Part shown: positions 39,100-53,856 of the stretch, piece after piece
Layout: each line of letters begins with the position of its first letter
Position numbering within the stretch: the first letter of the stretch is position 1
DNA from: Octopus bimaculoides
Lineage: Eukaryota
Reading direction: 5' to 3'
Length of the DNA stretch: 64,000 bases
NCBI RefSeq assembly: GCF_001194135.2
Contig: NC_068982.1
Span: forward strand, 36,290,083 to 36,354,082
Position numbers and translations under genes: made by a program
Notes under the pieces: model-generated
What the model was told of the DNA's origin: nothing
Databases searched by the model: none
Seen by the model: only the letters and a program-made list of their open reading frames with translations

Positions 39100-40960
39100 A
39101 GGATAATTTTCAGAATACCAAATTTATTTGAAAGGAAGAGGTTAAAAAGCAGAGTCATGCTGCAAAGGAGCATTAAAATAACATTGTGTTAGTATAACTT
39201 AGTTACTTTTCTTACTTTAGTGGTTTGGAAAATTCAACTTCAATAATTAAGACATTAAAGGTTAGTTACTTGGATGAATCTACTTCTGGCCACAGAAATA
39301 CTTATAAATATGGATGTTATTTCTAGTGGTGAGTTAGCTTCTGTACTCAACCTTTGTTGTTTCCTTTGTTACTGAATAAAGTGTAAAAGTTCTTTCACAT
39401 AAATATGTAGTTAGAAATCACATTAACACTTTTAGTTTTTGGATTCATAGCAGGCTGAATCTCAAATTTTACCAGTTTCTTTTGGCATTTTGATTTTAAG
39501 ATAAAATCTGTCACAAAGTTTCATGAGTCTATACATGGGTTTTCATTTTCAACAAGAATTTACTGTCATTAATTTACACATCTCAGATAAATGTTGCAAA
39601 ATTAATATTTTGGATCTTGACTTAGTTCTACTATCAAAATTTCTCTAAGGATTTCGAAATACTCAACATCATTCTTACTTATAGAGACAACCTTGAGTTT
39701 TAGTTAACACTTAAATACCTCCAGTTGAAATAAGTTATTTTGATTCCCTGCATTGGTTAACTTCATTTAACTAAGTGAATATATTAGAAAGACATACGGC
39801 TTTTCCCCCATTTAAATCTGATCCTTTAGTTTGGCTAAAAATCCAAAAGAATATTCAAAGAGAAATAATTAAAGTTCTTCATGTGATTCAAAAAACTATG
39901 CCACCTGAATATACGGCACTCCCATATTGAAAATTTATAGCATCTAATAGTCTTGATTTAATAAAATTGATTAGTTAGTTTTGCAGCATTGCTTACTACT
40001 AATCTCAGATCTTGTGGCTTAGATTTCTTTGCTAGTGTTTGATAATGAAGACAATAGTGAATGCTTTTAACTTTCTGATTTATACATTTTTTTTATTTTT
40101 TGCCATATTTCCCCAAGCAAAGCTGTAGTTTCAGCAGGCAAAATACTTGAATAAAGTTTCCATGAAATGTCATTTTTTTTTTCATTATTAGATTAAATAT
40201 TGCTTCTTCTGTAACTTGACTTTCCAAAGGTTTGCAGGTAAACCCTTTTTTCTTTTACCATATTTCTGGAGAAATGCACTGCTTTTGTTTCAATTAATTT
40301 TGAAAATATAGAATTTCATAAAATAACTTATTATTAATTTGGTATGAAATTCTGAAGGAAAATTTTATCATGAAACCAGTAGCAATGTCAGGCAGGTGGG
40401 TATCAAAAGGGTTAGTAAGTCTTTTACAAGTCTTTTACAATACTACCTTTATAAACATAGCATGCAAACACAAAGCCAGCAATGTCTGTTTACTCATCCA
40501 TTTAAGAAGACAATGTTGAACTCATTTTAATCTTATTAGCTTTGTTTCATATTTCATGAATATGCCTTGAAACTGAGTCATTAGAAAGTGATATATTATA
40601 AAAACCTTTAAGCATGCAATCCACCAAATCTTTTGTATGGAAAACCAAGTTTTCTGCAAGTGTATGTACTTCATCTGTTTTTACCAGCTGATAACCAATG
40701 CAATATGAAGCAAGTAAGACATTTTCTATGTTTTTGACTTGTCAAAAATGTAGCTTTCCTAGATTCAATTTTAAAATATTCTTCACCTGAATTTTTAAAA
40801 TTGGAAGTCAATCTCATTAGATTAAATGTTTAGTTGAATTTGAGCTGTTATTATTTAAGACCTTTTCACACCCAATATAGTCCACTTATCCAGTTTTATC
40901 CCATTTTCTTTTCACATTTTTATTTTGTTCATCTTATTCTGATGTTGCTTTTTGTAGATA
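39100..40960 (-). mobile_element. hAT transposase relic (Buster/Charlie/ZBED5-like)
   Basis: LASYCIGYQLVKTDEVHTLAENLV, SLSNDSVSRHIHEI, MDE*TDIAG and HYCLHYQTLAKK...IKSRLL (CxxH motif); frameshifted with stops. Confidence 0.75.
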
Positions 40961-41947
40961 AACTTTTAACAGGCTCAAACTGAATAAACATTTATTCACA
41001 TTGTTAGAATTTCTGATTATTAGCATTTGATTTATTATCTTTAATCATTTATCCATTAAAGATATAGAATGTAATTTTTTTTTTTATTGAAGAAAATATT
41101 TTTATTTTCATTATGCATGCATTAGAAAAGTCACTAAACTATTTCATACCAACAATGTGCACTATTTTTAGCAACCAGTTCATATCTATTGTAGCCTAAA
41201 TTGAAAGCGATTGGAAATTATTGGGTAATATTAGATGAGTTGCCAAATTTCACTAGTTCAGTAGACTACATCCATAATTAACATTTTTACATGAAAACCA
41301 CTTATTATTCAAGCAGAAGTTACATTGCAAATTCTGCATCAATTTGCATTAAGTCTTTGCTCTGCCCTCGGAAGTCTATACCAATGACTGCATTGCTTTC
41401 CACCACCTGAATATATGATCATGTGTATGTGTGGCAACTCACTAATTGCAGGATGAGTGTAAAACATTGGATATGGTGGATGAGAGAGAGAGAGGTGAGA
41501 GTTGCTGGATGAAAAAGGACATGTCCTTTGCTTGCATATATTGTATTTGTGTATGTATTGTTTTAAAAGCAGTATTTTTATATCTTTATGTATATAACAT
41601 TGTTACAGCTATGTATATATCATTACCCTGATTTTATATATCTACTTTTTTGTGATAGCATGAGTTGGATGGTTCCTCACAGTCCAAATCAGTTCTTGTT
41701 GAGAATGACTGCATTCCTTGATGAAACAGAGACTACATCCTATTCATGCATTTCATTTTTAGCCTAACCGCTTTACAAAATGTATTGAGTGTATGTTATC
41801 ATTGCACCAGTACTAAAAAGGTCTTATCCCCAATAAGACTGAAAATTACTTTCTACATTATCACTGTCTGCCTATTCTGTAACCAGAGAAGTTTAATCAT
41901 AGACCTAACCCTATTGGTCAGGGACTAAGCAACACCATCTTAGGGTG

Positions 41948-41987
41948 TGTGTATGTATGTATATATATATGTATATATATGTATATA

Positions 41988-42048
<61 letters not shown>
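41948..42048. repeat. (TA)n/(TG)n microsatellite, representative of dozens in the window (e.g. 281-410, 25883-25950, 27890-27995, 28195-28240, 34645-34696, 47605-47660, 55950-56035, 58538-58586)
   Basis: Direct reading. Confidence 0.95.
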
Positions 42049-42049
<1 letters not shown>

Positions 42050-42123
42050 GTTCACTGTTCCATTCAGTGAGAGATAAATATCATTTTATGAAAGTGATCA
42101 GAGCCTGAAGGTTGCTTGGAGAC

Positions 42124-42345
42124 ACAAGGCATATCGTACAAACCTGCCTAGTGGCATTATGCCTGCCTGTATGTTCTCAGTTAAAATGTCGCTAAGGTCA
42201 ACTTTACTTTTCATCCTTTTGAAGCCAATAAAATAAGTACCAGGCTTCAAAAGGATGAAAAGTAAAGTTGACCTCAACGACATTTTAACTGAGAACATAC
42301 AGGCAGGCATAATGCCACTAGGCAGGTTTGTACGATATGCCTTGT
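42124..42345. repeat. Hairpin with 103-bp arms and 16-nt loop
   Basis: 42124-42226 is the reverse complement of 42243-42345 with two mismatches; loop aataaaataagtacca. Confidence 0.92.
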
Positions 42346-44529
42346 ACCAGTTGAACACTAGGGTCAATGTAATCAACTTACCCCTCTGCCAAATTGCTAG
42401 CCTTATTATTATTGGCAAGCTGGCAGAAGCATTTCTATCGACTCTTTACATCTTGAGTTCAAATGCTGCCAGGGTTGACTTTGATTTTCATCCTTTTGGA
42501 GTCAATAAATTAAATACCAGTTGAGTACTGGGGTCAATGTAATTGACTATCCCCCTCCCCCAAATTTGTGCCTATAGTAGAAAGGATTATATATGCACAA
42601 ATGGAATCTATACTATTACTGGAAACATTTTGGGGGTGCGTTGGTACAAGCAAAGACATTTCAAATGCAGATCACTATAATGTTAGACATTTTTGATCAA
42701 GAATGATAATTGTATTATTTTAAAAATGAAAGAGAGAAAAAGAAGAAAAAGCATAGTTTAATTATATATTATGGAAAAAAAACCCAACAATAACAAAAAT
42801 ACATCAGAAGCTTATGCATATGTATAAATAAACTCTTGGCCTTCAACCAAGTCTCATGCTTTTGAGCTTTGATTAATTACGAAAACACATGATCATGTCT
42901 CCTTATATAGTTTACTGTAGTTCTGCATTTATTTTAATGGAAACCAGTAGGGCAACATACTATACATCTAAAACATATTTTGAATAGTAAAACGAGCCTA
43001 TCATACCTTACAATATAAATTTAATAAAATTCATTTGTTGCCTAGGGATATGTACGTGTCTTTTTCACATTTATATTATTGAAGCTGACTAGAATGTTCT
43101 TATAAAGCGTGACCTGAGAGTTCTGCATAGCGTATGTTCAGCAACTCTGGCATGACATTTATCGTATTTGACAACTCTGGTATTGTTGTATTTATTTATA
43201 AGCTACCAAATCAAATCAAACCAAACCAAACCAAACTGCAGAGTAAATTAGTTCCAAAAATAATTCAACCATTTAAAAGAAAAAACGAAAAACCTATTTT
43301 GCATTAATATATACAAAATTTTAGATATGAAATCTATGGAAAACTGTAAATATATTAAATGCAAAGTAGCGTAATTTTTGTATTTTCATAAGTTATTTTA
43401 ATATCAGTTTGTTGTTGTTGGTCCTTGTAATAGATTGTCTTTGTGCCCAGAATTGTTGACTGACCCTTAGCAACATAGTAAGAAAATGCAATGGTAATGG
43501 AATTTTATGTTTTTATCAATCTCAAATCTTGTCATTCATAACTCCATGGTAAACCTTGTTTTTATTGCTTATTCTGATTAAATTATTGATTACAATGTTT
43601 TATCTTTAATTTGTTTTAGTCATTGAACTGTAGCCATGCTGGGGCACCACTCTATTGGTCTCCTTTGCTGAACTGCTAATTTACAGAGATGTAAACAAAC
43701 CATTACCAATTGCCAAGCAGTGGGATGGGGGAAAATAAACAAAGACACACTCACAAACATAAATGTACATTCATGATGGGCTTCCACGTTGGTCCTGTCT
43801 AGTAAGTGACTCACAAGGCATTGGTCAACCAAGGGCTATAGTAGAAGACACTAGGTGAAGGTACAGTACACTGAGACTGAATTCAAAAGCTTGTGGTTGC
43901 AAAATGATTCATGCCTGTGCCTATACAACCATTTTTTAATAAACAATATTTTATTACAATTATCTGTGTACATCTTTCAAAATACTGGTATGTCACTGGT
44001 TTATTTCCTTAAAAGTCAGAGAACTAGTAACAGCTGATGCAGACCTCAGCTTGAGAAACCCTTTTCTATGCAAGAACTAATACAGGGGTATTTACTAAGA
44101 ACTCAATGATCTCAACAAAACAAAAGTCAACAAAGCAAAACAACAATAAGAAATTTTTAAAGAAATTCATTGATGAAAGGGTAAAACACTGGAGAATTTG
44201 AAATAATTTTATATATATCTTTTTAATGTTAAAATGTTTTTCTTCTAATTAAAAATGTTCATTTATCATTCAAATTCTTATTTCCTGACAGAACAGTTGC
44301 TTTATAAACAAACATGACGTAAGATCTAATTTATTTTTTGTCATATTTTGACAATATATCTCTATATAGACATTTAACACCTAGAATGCAGTGAGGCTGG
44401 CATGGGACCACCAGTGATGGAGAGCACTGGTGGACCTGGTTGATTTTATGCATGACGATGTCTCTGGGATCACTAACTTGGGATGACCCCGGTCTCATCA
44501 AGCAAGAGCATGAGACAAGAAGCATTCTA

Positions 44530-45554
44530 TTGGGTTGGCAGCTAAGTTCCCGCCGTTTTTTAAAATTTTGGAATCTATTTTTGAATCATTTTGGAATCTA
44601 TTTTGTTTTTTTCTAGTTAATTTTTATTTTCAGATCATTAAAATGGAATGTTAAGTTAAGAAAAACAAGCATTTTCAACACCTCCTTCTTTTTGTTTTTA
44701 ATCAAGGTTTTAAGGTCGCAAAAGCTGCTCGCAACATTTGTGCTGTGTGTGGAGAGGGTGCCATAGCTGAAAGAACTGCTCATGATTCGTATGCCNNNNN
44801 NNNNNTTCCACATGCTTTGAGTGACAACAACAAAAATCAACAAGCCACAATCTCTGCTGGTTTGCTTGCTCATCACCGCTCAACTCATGGACACAAGCAT
44901 TGATTTCTTTACCGAATCATTATTGTTACTGGCGAAGAAAAATGGTGCCTGTACATCAATATGAGGCAGCGTAAGGAATGGCTTAGCCCCGGTAAACAAG
45001 CGACACTGCGCGTGAAACAAGATCTTCATCCGTGTGTAAAACGATATGGTGGGACTGGGAAAGGATTATCCATTATGAATTGCTTGAATGGAACCAAATG
45101 GTCAATGTGGAACACTATGTTCAACAGATGGAACGACTGAACATGGCTATTCAAGAGAAAAGACCTAATCGGCAGCATGGAGTTCTTCTACTGCACGACA
45201 ACGATGGCCCTCATTTCACCAATATGACCAAGGAAGCCATTCGAACGCATGGCTGGGAAGTGCTGCCACACCCGCTGTACTCTCCTGATTTGGCACCAAT
45301 GGATTGCCACCTCTTTCGATCTCTTTCAAATGCTATGTGTGGAGTTTCATTCAATACTGATGCAGAATTGAGAGCTTGGTTGGATCAATTTTTCAAGTTG
45401 AAATCATGTGATTTCTACCAATGAGGTATTGAAAATCTTGTTGAACATTGGGAAGAAGTTGTAAACAACAAGAATGAATACATTATTGATTAATTATTTG
45501 TTATTTTTTATTAAACCTTTGAAAAAATTTGAATTTAAAAATATGGCAACCCAA
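44530..45554 (+). mobile_element. mariner (DD34D) element, defective, with N gap
   Basis: TA|TTGGGTTG...CAACCCAA|TA termini; IWWDWERIIHYELL, LLLHDNDGPH and HPLYSPDLAPMDCHLF (34 residues between D and D). Confidence 0.9.
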
Positions 45555-46689
45555 TACATCCAAAAGCACTTTATTTTCCGGCAAACAGGTCGAATTTTTC
45601 ATACCAAAAGCAGTTCTTTCAGCTATGGTACCCTCTCCAAAATTTACACCCGAAAAATAAGTTGACATATATACCAAGACAACTTTTGAGGACCAAAAGT
45701 TCTATGTAAAATGCAGCAGGATTTGGAAAGATAGTGATGATGTTTGAATATCTACACTACATTGACTTGTATGATGAAAAATGCAGTTTTTTTTTTTTTT
45801 GTTTTTCCATATTTTGAAAATGCATCTTTAATCCTTTTCATTCCAAACTGCCTAAGGCCACCACTGGTTCTATGATACAAACTTGCTTTTTTTTAAAGTG
45901 ATCTAAAAACCTTCCATCAAACTTTCATGTTAGTTTAGGTTCCAAACATCAGCTTAATAATGACANNNNNNNNNNTTTTTTTAAAGTGATCTAAAAACCT
46001 TCCATCAAACTTTCATGTTAGTTTAGGTTCCAAACATCAGCTTAATAATGACAAAATTATTTTCCTAACAGGCAGTGAGTTTCAATAGAAATATGGTAAC
46101 AAGAAGATTAATTTTAAAATGCCCCACATCCAATTATTTCACACTTAAAATTCTTATTCCTTATACTATATTTCTATTTCTTATTTACTGTAAAAAAAAA
46201 AAAAAAAAACAACCCCAGATAGCAGAAAATTCTTAAGTGTCACAAATCTCTAAGGATTTTGTTATTTGAGTATTTTACTACACCAAATCAAAAGAAAGCA
46301 ACACACATGTTCCTTAAGGTGGGGTAATGGTTTTCTTTGCCTAGAACATGGAAAATAAAAAGAAAATACACATCTACTACCTTTTTTTGGCTTTCCTTTA
46401 TTAAATCAATTGGAACTAAGAATATTTCTATCCTTAGAAGAATTATTTGAATTTATTTTCCAAACCTTCTAAATTGAATTGAAATCTTTTGAAAAGTGCC
46501 AATTACACATAATGAATGAAATAAATGTAATCAAATAACAAAAAGAAAATGTTAAAAATAGCAATTTTGGCACTTTCTTTTCAAGTAAGAAGTTAAACGA
46601 ATCTTAGTCTAATAGGTTTGTGGAGAAAATCCAAATTTTACAATCAGTAATTCTACATTCTCCACCCACTGTACACGCACATTCACACA

Positions 46690-46825
46690 CAGATATGTAT
46701 ATATAGACATACACACACGTATAGATATATAGACATACACACATGTATAGATATATAGACATACACACATGTATAGATATATAGACATACATACACATGA
46801 ATATATAGACACACACACACACATA
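46690..46825. repeat. Minisatellite, 26-bp unit GTATAGATATATAGACATACACACAT, about 4-5 copies
   Basis: Directly visible periodicity; derived from TA/CA microsatellite. Confidence 0.75.
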
Positions 46826-47622
46826 TGTGTGTGTATGTTTTTAAAAATTAGTGTTTTTAAATGCATAAAAACAATGAATAAACATATAGAGTTTAAAATT
46901 TATAAATTTTCATGATTGAAGATTCACTGGTAGTGGACACACATGAATGCGTGCATGTGTGTGTCTGTATGCCATTCATTTGTACACCTGTTTTTCCATG
47001 CTAGATGAATATACTATTGAGCATTGTTTTACAGCTGGATGCCCTTCTTGATGCTAACACTCGTTTTTCAAATAAAGGATCTCTTGTTCCATACATTTTC
47101 AAAAGTACAAAGCTAGTAGATGGGGGGAAATGATAACAATATCGTTGCTTGCAATTTTCAGAGAAATGCAAGCATAAACAAACACACACATGCAAAATGG
47201 GCTTATTTCACTTTCTGCCCACTGAAACCATATGCAAAGCCTTGTTTCACCTGGAGCTACAATAGAAGACACTTGCCCAAGGTGACACACAGTGGGACTG
47301 AACCTAAAGCCATATGATTGGGAAATGAAATTTCTAACCACATAACCATGGCAATGTGTGTATGTGTAAATATTATATACATATAAGTCATCATCATCCT
47401 TTAATGTCCCTTTTCCATGCTGGCAACCTGCACCAGGTTCCAGTCTGAATTGCCTTGGTTTCTATGGTTTTACAGTGGGTGCTGGGTGCGTCTATCAATC
47501 CACCAGCATGTGTGCCTCTATGTGTGGCACCAGCATGAGTGCTTTTAATATGGCATTGCACAGGCATATTCGTACATGTACATGTATACACATAATACAC
47601 ACACACTGTGTATGTGTGTGTG

Positions 47623-47661
<39 letters not shown>

Positions 47662-50600
47662 TTGCTATTGTGTTAAACTGTTGTATGTCCAAATTTGGCC
47701 GAATGTGTTTTTCCAAGTATCTATTTTTACTTGCAATAGCCAGTTCTTTTGGTCAAACTATCGTCTCTCCAGCTGCTTCAGATGCCAAGATATCAAAAAT
47801 TGTCAAAATGTAGTACAATAGTTTTGCTATGGAATGGTGAAACTACTTTTTCATTTTTGGAAAAGCAACGTTTTGGACTTACAAGGCTTTGTTCAACCTT
47901 AGACTATAATAGAAGACACTCGCAAAAGTGGCGGCACAGTAGGAATGAAACTTAAACCACATGGTAGAGAAGGGAACTTAACTATACAGCCATACCTAAA
48001 CACAAACATACACACATGTATGTGAACTTATGTGTATGTGTATATGCATATATATGTATGTGTATGTATACGTGTGTATTTAAAAAAGGTGTGCGTGAAG
48101 GTATAGATGTGTGCACAAGTATGTGTATATGTGTGCATTTATATATATATTTGGATGGAATATACACACATACAGACACAAAAGGCTTAGACTCAAACAC
48201 TAGATGAAAGTATCTAAATGGAAACCAAAGAAAGATTTTCATTAAATAACCAAACGAGAGGAAATGCCAAGTATAATTTCAAAAGTTCAGATTTGACAAC
48301 CGCAATTACCAATCAAAATTTTTAAATTTCATTAAAATACACCCCCCCCCCNNNNNNNNNNNNNNNNNNNNNNNNNNNNNNNNAGAAAATGTGTATGATT
48401 TCCAACAACCAAATGTTTATCTACTGGTATAGAAATTTTGAGTTCAAACATCAATAGTGGTACTGTATTATTGCCTTTTAGAAAAGCATGTTGAAATAGA
48501 TAATAATGTGGTGTCATTCACTTTATGCAAGTTTGTTTCTTAGAAAAGGATGTGATTTGAAGGAGAGTTGGTTAGTATTACTAGCAGAACCATGTAGAGG
48601 CAGGGTGCCTAGAAAAACATGTTAATAAGAGAAGATAACAAATGTGGCATCATTTATTTGATGCAAGTTTCATCATCATTATTACTTTTAATGTCCACTT
48701 TTCCATGTTTACATGGATTGGATGGAATTTGTTGAAGCAGATTTTCTAAGGCTGGATGTCCTTCCTGCCACCAACTCTCACTTCTTTTCAAGTATGGTAA
48801 TATTTCCACCTTTACCAGATGTGTTTTCATGGAAAATTGTAAATGAAGGATACTGATTGCATAATGGTGGCACTTGTTTTACAACTATCACATGAAATCA
48901 AGGCAAATAGATAATAACACACACACAAATATACATATAGCAGGTGTCTGTCATTTTCCCCCTGGTTGGCCTGGGGCTATAGCAGAAAAAAATTTGCCCA
49001 AGGTGCCACACAGCAGAACTGAACCTGAAACTATGTGGTTGGGAAGCAAGCTTCTTATCACACAGCCATGCTTGCACCTATAAGTTTGTTTCTGACTATA
49101 GGATGTAATCTGAAAGAGACTTGGTTGTTATCAGTAGCAGAGCCATGTAGACGCAGGGTGCTTGGAAAAAAACATGTTCAAGTAGATAAAAGATGATGCA
49201 AATGCAGCATCATTCACTTGATATAAGTGTGTTTCTTACAATAAACAGGGTGTGATTTGAAGGAGATTTGACTGTTATTACATGTACAGGCAAGGTGCCA
49301 TATTACAAAAGTGTTATGCAAACAATTTTATTTTTATTACTGCTTTGCATTCATGTTGTTTTTTCGTCTCATTCTAGCACTGTAAAGGAGGAGTACTTGT
49401 TTTTACAATTTTGGACAATTCCCAGCTGCTAAATACTCAACTGTAGACAAGTTGTGCAAACAAAGGAGTTGTTTTGTTGTCACTTGACCTGCTAGAAATA
49501 GTGAAATCTTCCTTAAATTGCAACTTAGGGTCATAAAGAAAAGGAAGGTTACAATAGATAATATAGTCAAGGATGCACAACACATGAAGAAAAAAAAATT
49601 GTTATAAGAATTTATAACCTTTTTTATAGGGGGTGAAATTCTTTTTTGGAACAGCAGATTTTGAAGTATATAAAGCTATATATAAATAATAGCATGTAAA
49701 TATTGGGTTTGGCTTACTTTTACTATCCAAAAGGAGTTTCCAGCCAAATATTTACAAGCTATTACTTACAACTTTATATGCTTTGAGGTTCACTGTTCAA
49801 AAAAAAAAAAAAAAAAAAAAAGAGAGAGAGAGAGAAAGAGAGAGATGGTTACAACTGGAATGCTCTGGCAGAGCTGTGTTCTTTGTTCAGATGTAAATGG
49901 TTTAAGAGAGAGAGAAAGAAGGGAACAGAAGAGACACAAAATAGGATGAAATCATGAGAACAATAGTAGTTTGTAAAACATTTCCTCTTTTCATTCTTAT
50001 GATTGAAGAGATTCCTATAAATTTAATGCAATTACAGAGAAATATCAGAATGGAGAAACTGGTTTTAATCAATTTTAAGACTGACAGTGAAATTGCTTCT
50101 CTCTGACCTAAAAAAATGCAAATGAATCTACACTAACCACCACAAATGTACTGCACTGCTCGGAGATAATTGATTACATAGAATATCATCAAGCAAATTT
50201 GTTTAATATATTTAATAAATTTTATTATAGAATTTTTCCTCTTTAATAAACATATCTGAAAGAAATCTTCCACCCAACAAACTATTTAAACATTCTCACA
50301 AGGAATGCAATTCAACCATATAAACTGTATTTAATCATAAAATTAGAAAAGTCTTCTGCTATTTTTCCATTCTACTATGATCCCAAACATTCTAGCATGC
50401 TTCATAAAATATTAAATTAACCCTGAAATTTGATTGCTATTACATTTTATTGACCCTGGAAAGATGAAAGGCTAAAGTGGTTTCAGTGGGATTTCAACTC
50501 AGAACGGACCACAAATAAACACTGTTGGCATACCATTTCATACTCTAATGATTGCACCAATTTAATGCCACTGTAGAAAAGTATTGAATTATTAAAATAT

Positions 50601-51256
50601 ATAGTAACATAGCAATTTCAATAGTGCAGGTAGCATGAAAAAAAAAGCAGCCACTCCATGCTGTAAAGTAGTTGGTATTGAGAAAGGTACCCAGCCATAG
50701 AAACCAAGCTAAATCAGACATTGCAGCATGATGCAGTTCTTTAACAAATCTGATCCTCTCAAACTATCCAACTCATGCCAACATGGAACAAGATGTTAAA
50801 TGATGATAACAAAAGATCCTACTCAAAATGTTAGTTTCTTTTTCTCATAGCATATCAATTTCCTTTATTTTTTAGTAACCTAATTTTGCCAGCACAAACT
50901 ACTTACATGCCTGTATATTCTAGGGATTATCCTTGAACAATGGTAAGTTGGACGCATGATATATTTAACTCTTGTAAGTGTTTACACAGATTAATGGGTC
51001 TAATAAGGCAATAATAAAATAGTTGGAAAAAGAAAATAACTCCAGTTGAAGTTAATGCCTTATTCAACCACAGACATTATACTTAATTCTTAATTTTTAC
51101 AAACGAATACAAAAACAAATTCTACCCACTTCCTTATCTTTGCATCAAACCTAGCCGGCAGCACAAGTGCTGACCTGCATGACCAACATGGTACTAATTG
51201 TCTAGCGGTGTGGGAGAGAGGTCTCAGGAAGTATATATTGTCTAAATAATGACACT

Positions 51257-51270
51257 GTAACCATAGCAAC
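51257..51270. promoter_or_regulatory. Candidate RFX X-box
   Basis: GTAACCATAGCAAC fits GTHNYY-AT-RRNAAC and lies in non-repetitive-looking DNA, but roughly one chance match is plausible in 64 kb of this composition. Confidence 0.25.
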
Positions 51271-53169
51271 TTATAAGAAGTAAAGGGTGGAGAAGATCAG
51301 TAACAGATCATACATGGAATCTGGACAAGCAAGTAGGTAGGCTACATTTCTAATGTAACATTGTGCATAAGCATATGCATACACATGCATATAAAGATTT
51401 CTGTCAACAATATCTATATTCATAATTGTACAGTTATGAAGTACTTGTTAGCAATTCAGCAAAGACAGCTGCTTTGCTCTCTACTAGGCCAAACTCAATT
51501 GTAGAAGAGGTACTTCCATACAGAGAGCTGCAACTAAAAAATATCTCACTAAACAAAACAAATACACTGAAGTATGTGAAGGGTTTCTAGGAGAGTATTC
51601 TTATTTCTCTATTGGCAGATAAAAACAAAACCAAACACTCAGAAATGGAATTTATTACTTTCATTTTGTTGCTGGAAACAAAAACTCTTCTGAAGCAAAA
51701 TGAATGTAAATAATAAATTTACATCTTAATGAGACAACAAAGGCTACAAAAATAATTGTGGGTGAAAAAACACAAAACAAACAAAAACAAAGCAAGCAAT
51801 ACCCCCAATACCCATACAAGCAATACCCCCACCAAAAAAAAAAAAAAAAAAAAATGAGCAATCCCTTTGGCTACTGAAGCATGTATAAAAAACACATTTC
51901 ATATGAAGTAACAATTTTTTATATTATATAAGAAATGGTAAGAGTAAAATGCTCATCCGAAGAACCTATCTAGCTAGCTTTAATATAACCAATCACCATA
52001 AGACTAAAATAAGTGTTAATGAATTATTAAACATAAAAAAAAGCATATAGCAGAATAGTTGTAAAATTTATTTAGTTTTAATGGTTTCGTTACATCTACA
52101 TAAAAGTGAATAGTGAGTAAATATTCCCAAGAGCCTGTTTAGTATTATTAATACAGCAACTGGAATTTCCATACAACAAATGTCTGATAGCTTAAATCAG
52201 TACAGCCACATACATGTCTCATTCTTAAGAGAGAATCTTCAACAAAGATGAATGATGCAATTGAAACAAAGATAGTGCATTTCAACAGAAATATAGTAAT
52301 ACAAGGGTTAAAGACTGGCTGTCCATCAATATAATCTATACAACATGTAACTGACAGGGTGATATGGTGGGAAACCAGTCTGGACTGCATTATTAATAAA
52401 TGATTTAATATCTTACAAATCTGTGTTAATTTTCTTTCCAGGTTGATAGCCTTTTATCTGTTTGATGTTGATAAAATAAATACTAGTAGCGTATTGAGAA
52501 AAAAATGTTAAAAAGTAGAATGAGGGATATTATATTTGTGAGTCACAGATAAGCATTATAATGATGTGTTGAACAAGGTTGACAAAGAAAAAATAAATAA
52601 CTGGGAATATAATTAAATCAAATATAATCTTAAGACACCCGTCTCTTTAGGTATCAAGGTTCAGTTAAGGATTTGTTTAGTTACACAACTAGGATTAAGT
52701 GTAAGAGCCTAAAATTGAGAATTTAATCCATGAAACATAGGACAGAGTACAGAACATTGACTATTATATAGAAGTTAACTGAACAAAATTGTTATAAACT
52801 ATACATCACGAACAGTGTATACCATCTTCTAACACTGGTTCTTGACTGGGGTTCATATAAGATTTTGTTGGTAAAATTTATTCACAATAAACTAGTTACG
52901 TTTCTACAATACACAAAATATTTAAACATTTTTATACAATTCTTAGAGTAGTGAATCATAAAAATATAGTAGGAGTTTTAGATATGAAATGACAATGAGG
53001 CTCTTCCCCTGAAGAAAATGGGAATCAAAGGGGTCCATAGGCAAAAAATGCTTGAGAACTACTGCTCTATTGGAGACTATGTGGTCACTGAACTTGTGAC
53101 CTAATCAGATCTTAAAAACTATACCCTACTACAATAGTAAAATAATCTTCAGTTGTCTACTTTTATTAA

Positions 53170-53384
53170 CCCATTCAATACCAACTCACCTGAGATCACC
53201 TTACGTTCTATGATACAAACTTCTTGTTTTAAAGTGACCTAAATTAAAACCTACCGTCAAAATTTCATGTTAATGTTCCAAAGGTTAGCTTAATAAGGTC
53301 AAAGTTATTTTACCAAATTCTTCATTATTTTAAGCAATTGAAACAAAGATAGTGCATTTCAACAGAAATATGGTAATAAAAGGG
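53170..53384. mobile_element. Second TTAA-flanked piggyBac-like MITE subfamily; partial copies at ~2210-2360, 27240-27380, 45835-46100, 52255-52310
   Basis: TTAA|CCCATTCAATACC...GGTAATAAAAGGG|TTAA, 215 bp. Confidence 0.65.
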
Positions 53385-53856
53385 TTAAAGCAAAGAAAAA
53401 ACAACAAACAACACAAATTGTGAGTCCAGTTATAATTTTCCTCAGTTTATATTCACAAAAGAATTTAAACGACTGGGGCACATTATCAAAGATAATTCAC
53501 ACACACAAGCACACGTACTTTGTACTTGATAAAAAAAATGCTTTCTTAATGTACTGGCCATTATATGAAAGTATCTCAAAAAAATTGTTATATAAAAAAA
53601 TTATGCTCATGTTAATGGACCAAGTAAAATCAATATATTTCAATTTTTTCTTGTTCTTCATGAAGTTACTCCAGAAACATAACAGCATTTAATATAACAG
53701 ACTGCTCTAATACTGAATGGTGGGAATAAAAGTTGCTAAAATATCAGTTGATATTATTAACACAAAAACCCACAGATAAAGAATAAGTCTGAAAAAGAAT
53801 ACTCATAGATAATCCTTTTTGAACCCACATGAATAATATTATAAATGATTACCATC

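Noticed and set aside
45888-46053. Exact 78-bp direct repeat
   Set aside because: The two copies flank a 10-N gap (45966-45975), typical of unmerged contig overlap.
46604-48242. Cluster of overlapping C/V/Y/I/H/T-rich ORFs
   Set aside because: Translations of TA/CA/TG microsatellites, as are the similar ORFs at 277, 27834, 34397, 35865 and 36653.
51661-51861. Hydrophobic 66-aa minus-strand ORF
   Set aside because: Low-complexity T-rich sequence with a short local repeat; no family similarity.
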